A stretch of DNA of 64,000 bases, from contig JBFJCP010000006.1 of assembly GCA_041615815.1 (NCBI GenBank), forward strand, positions 32,001-96,000, read 5' to 3'. Position 1 is the stretch's first letter. Each line of letters begins with the position of its first letter. Below the pieces are notes generated by a model, which saw nothing but the letters and a program-made list of their open reading frames with translations, searched no databases and was not told the DNA's origin. Origin of the DNA: Gemmatimonadales bacterium. Its GTDB lineage: Bacteria > Gemmatimonadota > Gemmatimonadetes > Gemmatimonadales > GWC2-71-9. Below, piece after piece: positions 9,589 to 18,119 of this stretch. The position numbers were made by a program, and so were the translations under genes.

Positions 9589-9604
9589 GGGCACGACGCT
9601 TGCT
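9589..9604 (+). promoter_or_regulatory. Sigma54 -24/-12 promoter upstream of the cupredoxin operon
   Basis: GGGCACGACGCTTGCT vs consensus TGGCACG-N4-TTGCW, exact GG/GC spacing. Confidence 0.65.
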
Positions 9605-9769
9605 CCTTCCCGCCACGCGTTCGTTTCGAAGCAGTGAGACGGGCATCGATTGAACCAACGTTCATACACAGTTCAGCTTCACGAAGACATGGTGTTTCAT
9701 CGTGTTGGATCTCAGGACCGCGGCACGTTTTGCGGCCACCACCTGGGACCCAGTCGGGGGGGTTGGAGC

Positions 9770-11473
9770 ATGCGGATAGGATTCATGGCTTTGCTCGGTC
9801 TGATCGGTGTGGGAGGGTGTGGTGGAGGTGGGGCGGCCGGACCTACGGCGCCCGACGCCCAGGTCTCCTTTGCCTCGCTGGATCTCACGCCCGCGTCGGT
9901 CGCGGTACCCGTCGGCGGCACCGTTCAGCTCGTGGCGACTCCGAGAGACTCGAACGGGAATCCCGTGGGTAGCCTTCCACCGGCCACGTTCTCGAGCAGT
10001 TCTCCAGAAACGGCTGGTGTGGACGACCAAGGTCTTGTGACCGGCAACTTGGTAGGGAGCGCCGTCATTACGGCGAGCGTCACTGCCTCGGGTGTCACCC
10101 ACACCGCGAGCGCAACGGTCGCGGTCACCTCGGGCGAACGGGCTCCGGCAACGGTTACCACCCCCGGCCTTGCCTTTGACCCCGCGTCACTCGCTGTGTC
10201 GGTAGGTGACACGGTCACGTGGGAATTTTCGGGTGCGGTCCACAACGTGACGTTCACTGAGGGAACGCCGCCCGGTGGAAACATTCCCGATCAGCAGATT
10301 GGGAGCGTAGTAGAACGGGAGTTCCCGGATCCCGGGACCTTCAAGTACGAGTGTACCATCCACGCTGGCATGGCGGGGGAAGTGGTGGTCACGACGGGAA
10401 CACCGAGCGTGTTCACCTCGCTCGCCGTGACGCCGACGACCCCCGCCATGGACATTGGACAGAGCGTCCAGTTGACGGTCACGGCGCTGGATCAGTTCGG
10501 CAACGCGATGCCGGGAATGCCAGCACCAACCTTCAGCGTGATCGACGGTTCGATAGCGTCGGTCGACGCCGGCGGGCTCGTGACGGGAGTGAGTGAAGGG
10601 ACCACGACGGTTGTGGCCTCGATCACCCACGACGGTGTGACCCAGACTGCGTCGGCAACGGTGAACGTACGCTCGCCCCAATCGGGCGCCGTGACCGTGA
10701 CAACCCCCAATTTGCGATTCGATCCCCCCACTATATCGATACCAGTTGGCGGGAGCGTGACGTGGCAGTTCTCGGAGGCGGTCCACAACGTGACATTCTC
10801 GGGCGCTGCACCTTCCGGTGGCAGCATCCCGGACCAGGATCCCGGAAACGCCGTTTCACGCTCCTTTACGGCTGCAGGCACCTATGGGTACGAGTGCACC
10901 CGCCATAGCGGGATGGTGGGAGAAGTGGTGGTGGAAGGAGGAGCGGGTCCTTCGGTCTTCAGTTCGCTCGCGCTGTCTCCAATGGAATGGGCGATGCCAC
11001 TAGGTGCGTTCAAGGAATTGACGGCGACGCCCCTCGATCAGAACGGGCTCCCCATTTCGGGACTCCCGGCGCCCTCGTTTACGAGTAGCGATCCGGCCGT
11101 GGCGTTCGTCGACGAGAGCGGCCTGGTCACGACCGGAGGTGAGGGTACCGTCGTTGTCACCGCCGCACTCACCGTCGACGGTGAGACACGAACGGCCACG
11201 ACATCGATCTCGGTGGCGCCGGCCACTGCCGCCGTCGTGCGAATTACTGCGGATTTGTACGAGCCGGATCCGGTCGACATTGCTCCCGGCGGGACGGTGA
11301 TTTGGGAAGTCGGTGGGTCGGCACACAACATGACCTTCGACCTTCCACCTGTCGAGGGAAATATCCCGGATACGGATCCCGGCAATGCCGTTGCCAGGAC
11401 CTTTGCCACCGAGAATGATTACGACTACGAATGCACACTCCATGGCGAGAAAGGACGAGTGCGCGTCCGATGA
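9770..11473 (+). CDS. Lipoprotein with three alternating Ig-like (Big_2) and cupredoxin domains
   Basis: Signal peptide ending VGGC; Big_2 motifs (FSSS.P..A.VD..GLVT); HNVTF..CTIHAGM, HNVTF..CTRHSGM, HNMTF..CTLHGE. Confidence 0.85.
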   Translation: MRIGFMALLGLIGVGGCGGGGAAGPTAPDAQVSFASLDLTPASVAVPVGGTVQLVATPRDSNGNPVGSLPPATFSSSSPETAGVDDQGLVTGNLVGSAVITASVTASGVTHTASATVAVTSGERAPATVTTPGLAFDPASLAVSVGDTVTWEFSGAVHNVTFTEGTPPGGNIPDQQIGSVVEREFPDPGTFKYECTIHAGMAGEVVVTTGTPSVFTSLAVTPTTPAMDIGQSVQLTVTALDQFGNAMPGMPAPTFSVIDGSIASVDAGGLVTGVSEGTTTVVASITHDGVTQTASATVNVRSPQSGAVTVTTPNLRFDPPTISIPVGGSVTWQFSEAVHNVTFSGAAPSGGSIPDQDPGNAVSRSFTAAGTYGYECTRHSGMVGEVVVEGGAGPSVFSSLALSPMEWAMPLGAFKELTATPLDQNGLPISGLPAPSFTSSDPAVAFVDESGLVTTGGEGTVVVTAALTVDGETRTATTSISVAPATAAVVRITADLYEPDPVDIAPGGTVIWEVGGSAHNMTFDLPPVEGNIPDTDPGNAVARTFATENDYDYECTLHGEKGRVRVR

Positions 11474-12567
11474 CGAAGCTATGGATCTTGACACCGGCTC
11501 TCTGTCTCGCTCTCGGTGTGACAGGGATAGAAGCCCAATCGCTGCTCGATCGTCCGCCGAACGTCTCGGGGGATTGGGTCGCCAACGCGGGCACGGTACA
11601 GTTCAACTTTCTCCACCGGTTCATGGTAAGTGACGCCCCCGTCCGGAAGATCAGCAATTTCCCCACTTTCCTGATTGGTGTGGGTCTGCCAGGAGCGCTG
11701 ATGGTTGGCGCGCATTATGCCACCAACTCGACGCTCGCTCCTCGTTTCCCCAACGAGTGGGAGTTCTTTGCCCGTCTGGCGCCATTGTCCGAAGATCGCG
11801 GGGCGCCGATCGATCTCGGGGGTCAAGTCGGATACAACCTGGCTGCAGAAGGCCTGGACGGTGAGCTCTCCGTGGCCAAGCGGGTAGGACCGCTTCGGCT
11901 CATCGCCGCGGCCCGAGTGCTTGCAGATCCCTTTGCAGAGGGCGAGGTGCTCTTCGCCATGGGTGGAGGGGGCACGTTACGAGTTAGCCGGTACCTTGCC
12001 CTCGCCGGTGATATTGCAGGTCTCACCAAGAGGGACGAGGATCGCGGCGAGAAGCCCGCTTGGAGCGCCGGCGTGCATCTTGCCATCCCCAACACCCCGC
12101 ATACGCTATCTCTCCAGGCCACCAACACGAATACAGCGACGCTCCAAGGCCTTTCCCGCGGTGACAGCGAGATTCGTTACGGTTTCGAGTTCACGGTTCC
12201 TGTCACGCTGTCGCGGTTCTTTGGGCGGCGACGCCCGCCACGCAGACCGCAACCGACAGCAGACTCGCTCCGCGCACCTTTGGTTGCCCAGGAGGCGGAC
12301 TCAACGGGCGAAGTGATCGGCACCGTCATTCGCCAAATGAAGTTTCCGCAGAATCGGCTCGAGATCGAAGTGGGAACGACGATCGTGTGGGAAAACGCGG
12401 ATCCACTGGCCCACACCGTCACTGCCGACGACGGCAGCTTTGACTCGGGGTTGATCCAGCCCGGTGAGAAATGGAGCTACACGTTCACGCGGGTTGGGGA
12501 CTACAGCTTCTTCTGTACTCCCCACCCGTTCATGACCGGGATCGTGATTGTACGAGGCACGCCATGA
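11470..12567 (+). CDS. Outer-membrane beta-barrel (DUF5777-like) fused to C-terminal amicyanin-like cupredoxin
   Basis: Signal peptide; amphipathic strands with FLHRF, HTLSLQATN, YGFEF; Arg/Pro linker; AHTVT..CTPHPFM; ATGA overlap with upstream gene. Confidence 0.75.
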   Translation: MTKLWILTPALCLALGVTGIEAQSLLDRPPNVSGDWVANAGTVQFNFLHRFMVSDAPVRKISNFPTFLIGVGLPGALMVGAHYATNSTLAPRFPNEWEFFARLAPLSEDRGAPIDLGGQVGYNLAAEGLDGELSVAKRVGPLRLIAAARVLADPFAEGEVLFAMGGGGTLRVSRYLALAGDIAGLTKRDEDRGEKPAWSAGVHLAIPNTPHTLSLQATNTNTATLQGLSRGDSEIRYGFEFTVPVTLSRFFGRRRPPRRPQPTADSLRAPLVAQEADSTGEVIGTVIRQMKFPQNRLEIEVGTTIVWENADPLAHTVTADDGSFDSGLIQPGEKWSYTFTRVGDYSFFCTPHPFMTGIVIVRGTP

Positions 12568-12947
12568 GGTCGAGACTCTGGGGGATCCTGGCGGCCACCA
12601 TCGTGGCGGCCTGCTTTTCGGAGCGCACCGACACGACGAGTCCACCGCTGCAGGGTACGTGCGACGTTTCGCTTCCAGCGGAGCTGCTCGGATCCACCAT
12701 TGTCGCGATCCGTAACTTCAGCTTTGAGCCGGCCCAAGTGCGGGTCGCAGCCGGTGGGACGGTCACCTGGGTGAACTGTGCCCCGGCGGACGAACCGGCG
12801 CACACGAGTACGTCGGATCAGGGCGTATGGGGGACCGAGCTCCTACCCCCGGGGAGTTTTGCCAGCTTTACCTTCACCCAGGCAGGAGCGTTCCCGTATC
12901 ACTGCGAGCCCCATCCGTTCATGCAGGCAACTGTGGTTGTCCAATAG
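12564..12947 (+). CDS. Small cupredoxin (plastocyanin/amicyanin-like) lipoprotein
   Basis: Lipobox IVAAC; AHTST..CEPHPFM; ATGA overlap. Confidence 0.85.
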   Translation: MRSRLWGILAATIVAACFSERTDTTSPPLQGTCDVSLPAELLGSTIVAIRNFSFEPAQVRVAAGGTVTWVNCAPADEPAHTSTSDQGVWGTELLPPGSFASFTFTQAGAFPYHCEPHPFMQATVVVQ

Positions 12948-12953
12948 GTTGCC

Positions 12954-15194
12954 TCAGAAGCCCATCCGCGTCACGAGGGAGTCGAACCGGGGATCGTTGC
13001 GTACAGTCTCGAGCTTGGGCTCGACCCGGAGATACGCGAGCCAGCCCCGCCGCTCTTCGTAACAGCGATCGAGCCATTGGAAGACCGCGTCGGGATCGCC
13101 GAGCGCAACGTGCAGTAGCACGAACGCCACGGGAGATATGTACCCCTCACTACTGAGTTGCTCGAGCTCGACGAGCAGGCGCTCGGTCTCGGCACGACGG
13201 CCGCGCCGCGCTTCCATGTATCCCCAACCCGCCATAGCGTATGCGGCGGTTTTCTGGGCCGTCGCGATGGCGTCACGGAAGGCGGCTTCCGCCTCTTCAA
13301 ATCGACCCAAGGCCGTGTATACGAGACCCAACACGCTGTGTGTCTCATCGGCTTGGGGATCGATGGCCAGTGCCCGTCGTAAGTGTTCAACGGCTTCTTC
13401 GTGCCGTCCGAGGTAGTAGCAGAGCCACCCCAACCCGCGATGTCCCGACACGGATACGGGATCGAGATCCACCGCCATTCGGGCCTCTTGCAGGGCCTCC
13501 ACACCCCGACCAGTCGCAAGGAGCAACCACGCGAACCACTGTCGGGCGGTGGCGTAGGACGGGTTGAGCTCGATCGCTCTCCGGAATTCACGTTCGGCGG
13601 CGGTCCAGTCCCAATCGTAGATGAAGTTGACCCACGCAAGGGATGTGTGCGCTTCCGCGAGCGTCTCATCCAGCTCGAGGGCCCGGCGTGCCTCGACTTT
13701 CGCCTGCTCCATCCGTTCCGCCACAGGGGAACCCCGATAGTCCACCTGGATGGCATGGGCATCGGACAAGCCGGTGTAGGCCAGGGCGTAATCTGGGTCT
13801 TCTTGGATCGCCTGCTCGAAATACTCGATGGCGCGGAGGATATCCTCTGGGGTCCGGAGGTTCCAGTGGTATCGACCGCGAAGGTATGCGTTGTACGCCT
13901 TGACATTGTCCGTGTATCGCCGCGGCCGAAGTTCGCCGAGATCCCGCCATAAAGTTGTCCGGAGCGTCATGACAATAGTTCGGGTAATCTCATCCTCGAC
14001 CGCGAAAATGTCGTCGACTTCGCGGTCATACCGCTCGGCCCAGAGGTGGCGCCCGTCGGATACGTCGGTGAGCCGAGCCGTGATCCGGAGGCGATTGCCC
14101 GACTGTCGGACGGTTCCCTCCAGCACGGTCGACACGCCCAGTTGCGCACCAATGGCTCGGACGTCTTGCCGGGTTCCCTTAAAGGCGAAGACCGACGTCC
14201 GAGATGCGACGTGTAGTCCCTCGACCTTCGTGAGGGCGTGGATGAGTTCGTCGGTGAGCCCGTCACTCAAGTATTCGTTGTCCGGGTCTGGGCTCGCATT
14301 CTCGAACGGCAGCACAGCAATCATTCGAGTGTTTCGGTCTGCAGCGGCGGATGCAGGAGGATCCGTCGAGGTCAAGGCTTCTGTAAACGCCCGAACGGTG
14401 TCAAAGCGCTGAGCCGGATCCTTGGCCAGCGCTCGAGCGATGACTTGGTCCACCACCAAAGGGACTTCACCCCGCTGCGACCGGACTGATGGTGGTGGCT
14501 GGATGGCGTGCTGGGCCATGGTGGCACGAGCGTTGGGCCCGCGAAACGGTGGTTCGCCGGTCAGCATTTCGAACAAAACGCAGGCCAGGCTGTAGAGATC
14601 GCTTCGGGCGTCCAGCTCCCGGTCTGCCGTCACCTGCTCGGGGCTCATATAGGCAGGCGTCCCAACCGCGAGCCCCGGCTCCGTCAACCGATCCGACCCG
14701 GCTGCGGAGATCGCCGTGGCCACGCCGAAGTCCGTCAGGAGGGGCTGTCCTTCGTTGAGCAAGATGTTCTCGGGCTTGATGTCACGATGCAGCACGTTCC
14801 GACGGTGCGCGTAATCCAGTGCACCGGCTACCGCCAGGGTGATCCGGATCGCATCGTGTATCGGCAGTCGCTTTTTCTCGTTGAGTCGGTCCCTGAGGGA
14901 CTCACACCCAACGAAGGGCATGACGTAGAAGAAGAATCCGTCGCATTCGCCGGAATCATGGAGCGGTAGGATCTGGGGATGGGTTAGCCCAGCGGCTATG
15001 CGAATCTCACGAAGGAACCGTGCGGTCTCGTAACCGGTGACCAGCTCGGGCCTGAGAACCTTGATCGCGACCTCACGACCGTGTTTGACATCTTCGGCCC
15101 GGTAGACGGTCGCCATCGCCCCTCGTCCCACTTCTTCCTGGACGGCATAGCGGTCTCCCAAAGCCGCTCGCAGACGTTCAACCGTGCACTCCAT
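12954..15194 (-). CDS. Ser/Thr protein kinase with TolB-like domain and TPR repeats
   Basis: HRDIKPEN, DFG, GTPAYMSPE; IAVLPFEN..EYLSDGLTDELI; multiple TPRs; ends DPRF. Confidence 0.92.
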   Translation of the reverse strand: MECTVERLRAALGDRYAVQEEVGRGAMATVYRAEDVKHGREVAIKVLRPELVTGYETARFLREIRIAAGLTHPQILPLHDSGECDGFFFYVMPFVGCESLRDRLNEKKRLPIHDAIRITLAVAGALDYAHRRNVLHRDIKPENILLNEGQPLLTDFGVATAISAAGSDRLTEPGLAVGTPAYMSPEQVTADRELDARSDLYSLACVLFEMLTGEPPFRGPNARATMAQHAIQPPPSVRSQRGEVPLVVDQVIARALAKDPAQRFDTVRAFTEALTSTDPPASAAADRNTRMIAVLPFENASPDPDNEYLSDGLTDELIHALTKVEGLHVASRTSVFAFKGTRQDVRAIGAQLGVSTVLEGTVRQSGNRLRITARLTDVSDGRHLWAERYDREVDDIFAVEDEITRTIVMTLRTTLWRDLGELRPRRYTDNVKAYNAYLRGRYHWNLRTPEDILRAIEYFEQAIQEDPDYALAYTGLSDAHAIQVDYRGSPVAERMEQAKVEARRALELDETLAEAHTSLAWVNFIYDWDWTAAEREFRRAIELNPSYATARQWFAWLLLATGRGVEALQEARMAVDLDPVSVSGHRGLGWLCYYLGRHEEAVEHLRRALAIDPQADETHSVLGLVYTALGRFEEAEAAFRDAIATAQKTAAYAMAGWGYMEARRGRRAETERLLVELEQLSSEGYISPVAFVLLHVALGDPDAVFQWLDRCYEERRGWLAYLRVEPKLETVRNDPRFDSLVTRMGF

Positions 15195-15254
15195 GACCGA
15201 TAAAGATGGTTGGGCGGCGGAGGGGACGGCAGGGGACGCCGCTGGCGCTGTTCC

Positions 15255-15695
15255 TCATACCCGGTGGTAGTCTGGTCGCCAGGCCTGGATGAGTTTCTTG
15301 ATCTCCTCGCGATCGCGGATCCCTTCGCCCCGCACGCGCCGGGCAAGAGCGGGCACCTCTTCATCGGAGGCGAAGCGGAGCGCGATCAGCTGTCCGATGG
15401 TGAACTCGTCGACGCGTGCTGCGAGATCCGCGGGCAAAAGGCGCGCGAGGCGGAGTTTTTCCTCCAAGCAGATGACACGATCCTGGACGGTGGTGGCGAA
15501 GGTCCGCGTATAGTAGAAAAGGAGGAGAACCCCGATGACCAATAGGACGCTCATCAGACGATCCACCGAAAAGCTTGTCACCGTCCGGTACGAGGACCAG
15601 ATCAGATTGACGATCAGGATGCCGAACGTCGCGGCGTGAAACCCGATCACGTAGCGGCGGTGGTTTTGGTAGCTCTGAGGCTCGACGTCGCTCAT
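15255..15695 (-). CDS. DUF6526-like small membrane protein
   Basis: QSYQNH, two TM helices, VQDRVI..EE, QLIALRFASDEE, IKK.I..WRPD..RV. Confidence 0.75.
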   Translation of the reverse strand: MSDVEPQSYQNHRRYVIGFHAATFGILIVNLIWSSYRTVTSFSVDRLMSVLLVIGVLLLFYYTRTFATTVQDRVICLEEKLRLARLLPADLAARVDEFTIGQLIALRFASDEEVPALARRVRGEGIRDREEIKKLIQAWRPDYHRV

Positions 15696-15863
15696 GCGCT
15701 CTCCCGTCAGCAGGTTCGAGGAGAATGCACCTCATAGACCGCGACGGCCAGTCCGCCCCCTGCACCACTCTGTCTGGAAGTGTATCTTGGACGTGTATGC
15801 TCGGCGGAAGGCTGAGTTGCGAAGGCTCGGACTGCGTTCTTCTCGTGTAAGGGAGAGACGAGT

Positions 15864-16886
15864 GTGACCGCTCCCATCCTGGCCGTAGTAGCGGCAATCC
15901 TGGCTGTGCTCCTCATCGTGGAATTTGCTCGGCAGCGACGTGCGGTCGAGGCTCGTGAGTTGTACCGGAAGATCTTCAACGACCTCCACATAGGCATCAA
16001 TGTGTGGCATTTGGAGGATCCCTCGGATCCTGGCTCGCTGCGTCTGATCGCATCCAATCCGGCGGCGGCCGCCGCCACGGGCATCCCGAGCGTCAAGTGG
16101 ATTGGTCGAACCATCCTAGATGTGTTCCCGGAGGCGGTTCCGCGGGGTATCGCCGCGGACCTGGCCGAAGTGGCCAGGGTGGGCCGATTGAAGGATCTCG
16201 GCGAGTTGTCGTACGGGGATGCCCGGATTCAGGAAGGCATCTACTCGGTCTTCGCCTATCCGCTTCCGGGACGTTGCACGGCGGTCGCGTTTGAGAACAT
16301 CACGAAGCAGAAGCTCGCGGCCATGGAAGTGGCACGGAAGGCAACGTATGTACAGCTGTTGCAGGAAGTCGCCTGCCGCGCCAACGAAGCAGACTCCATC
16401 AGCGCAGCTCTCGAGGAGACCTTACCACAAATCTGCGAGCACACCGGTTGGGTCGTGGGTCACGCCTACCTGCGGGACGGCAATGGCCCGTCCCTCGTGC
16501 ACACCCGGCATTGGCATCTCGCGAATCCACAATTGTACGACGAGCTTCGTGCCGCAACGGACGCGACACGTTTTACGGCAGGTGTGGGTCTCCCGGGCCG
16601 AGTACTCAACAGCGGAGCCGCTGAATGGGTCGTGGATCTCAGTTCGGCCACGAATGTCCCCCAGGCGAAAGTCGCCGTGGCCTGTGAACTCCGCTCGGCC
16701 TACGCGTTCCCCATACTGCTCGATGGCAATGTGACAGGCGTGTTGGAGTTCTTTGCGACGGATACCTGGGTTCCCGACGAACTGTTGTTGGAGACGATGC
16801 AGCGCGTGGGTCGGCAGTTGGGCCGTGTCATTGAACGGCAGCGTGGGAGCCCGTCGGTGGGATCGTCGGCGGCCCCCGGTTCCTAG
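15864..16886 (+). CDS. Membrane-anchored PAS + GAF protein with no output domain
   Basis: N-terminal TM; PAS (NPAAA..G..IGRTILDVFP..FENIT); GAF (GVGLPGRV..AFPI..GVLEFF); stop right after GAF. Confidence 0.75.
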   Translation: MTAPILAVVAAILAVLLIVEFARQRRAVEARELYRKIFNDLHIGINVWHLEDPSDPGSLRLIASNPAAAAATGIPSVKWIGRTILDVFPEAVPRGIAADLAEVARVGRLKDLGELSYGDARIQEGIYSVFAYPLPGRCTAVAFENITKQKLAAMEVARKATYVQLLQEVACRANEADSISAALEETLPQICEHTGWVVGHAYLRDGNGPSLVHTRHWHLANPQLYDELRAATDATRFTAGVGLPGRVLNSGAAEWVVDLSSATNVPQAKVAVACELRSAYAFPILLDGNVTGVLEFFATDTWVPDELLLETMQRVGRQLGRVIERQRGSPSVGSSAAPGS

Positions 16887-16894
16887 AAGCGGGT

Positions 16895-17974
16895 TCAGTC
16901 CTCCACGGCGTACCCTTCACCATAGAACTTGCTGGTGCTTCGAGTGTGGAAAACGATCGCCCTAATGGGATCATACTTGGGGTTCGCCAGGCCGGGGAGC
17001 ACTTCCAGAACTTCGTCTTCCCACACATAGACGGCCATCGGGAAGGACACTCGTGGGGTTCCCAGCTGTGCGACGGTACGGGGTTTGCTCACGCGGTGCG
17101 TCGTGGACGGTAGGCGGTCGTTCGTGATTCGCTGCATGTAGTCGCCCGTGTTGATGATGAGGGAACCCCAAGGGGCGTTCAAGCGAATCCACTTGTTGCT
17201 TTGATGGTTCCATACCTGCAACCCCTCCACGCGAGCCGCCGGGAGGATCGTGAATAAGTCGACATCTTCGTGGCCTAGCAGGCGGCCGGCTCCTGAAGCG
17301 TCCTCGTCTCTTCCGATTGGCGGGTAGTAATTCAATCGCAGGCCAAAATTCGTTCTGGTGAGCGTGGCATCGTAGAAATGGGGATCCACTCCCAAGTACG
17401 TGAAAATGCTCTGCGTGATGGGCAGAATCAGCTTTTCGTGCGCCAGACAAATCTGACGAAAGAACGGCTCGTATTCCGGCAGAGGCCAGAAATCTTCCGG
17501 AGCAAAGTCCTTTTGTCGTGGCTCCATTTCGAATGCGCGACGGCAGAAGACCCACCCCTCGACCAGGTCGGGATGAATATCACTGGTTTCCTTGATAGGA
17601 AAGTATCCCTGGCTCACTGAACCGAACCGTTCGGCGCGATACGCCAACTTTTGATCGAGCGTGGTGCGCGTGAAGAACTCCACGACCTTACCCTCCGCCT
17701 CGTCGTACAGCGATGGGTCGACGCCGTGCCCCACGATAATCGCAAAGCCGATCTCTTCGAGTGCCGACCCGAGCCCTTGGGCAAACTGCTGCCGCCCGGC
17801 TTCTCCACCGCTCCAGAACGGTGTCATATCCACGGTTCGGATCTGGTACTCCTCGTCGAAGACGTCTTCACCGGGCGTCTCTGCCAAATGGTACGTATGT
17901 GCCTTTTGCACCTGATCGAACCGCATAAACTCCTGATTGACGGCACTCACACGTTGGTCTTTCTCCTTGGACAT
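16895..17974 (-). CDS. Isopenicillin N synthase-family Fe(II)/2OG oxygenase
   Basis: DIOX_N-like IGFAIIVGHGV; RLNYYP, HEDVDLFTIL (HxD), NTGDYMQRITN, STTHRV, RVS. Confidence 0.88.
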   Translation of the reverse strand: MSKEKDQRVSAVNQEFMRFDQVQKAHTYHLAETPGEDVFDEEYQIRTVDMTPFWSGGEAGRQQFAQGLGSALEEIGFAIIVGHGVDPSLYDEAEGKVVEFFTRTTLDQKLAYRAERFGSVSQGYFPIKETSDIHPDLVEGWVFCRRAFEMEPRQKDFAPEDFWPLPEYEPFFRQICLAHEKLILPITQSIFTYLGVDPHFYDATLTRTNFGLRLNYYPPIGRDEDASGAGRLLGHEDVDLFTILPAARVEGLQVWNHQSNKWIRLNAPWGSLIINTGDYMQRITNDRLPSTTHRVSKPRTVAQLGTPRVSFPMAVYVWEDEVLEVLPGLANPKYDPIRAIVFHTRSTSKFYGEGYAVED

Positions 17975-18119
17975 CTGGCATCCTTCTCGAGCGGTGGGTT
18001 CACTGGACCTGCAAACGTGGACCTGTCTGGCCGCGGTCGACCCGTCCTCGTATTCTACTCTTCCGGCACCAAGAGACAATGATGGATATACCGTCTCCAC
18101 CTCAAGCCACGTGTGGCCC

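Noticed and set aside
9721..9735. Second sigma54 site CGGCACGTTTTGC
   Set aside because: GG-to-GC spacing is two bases too short.
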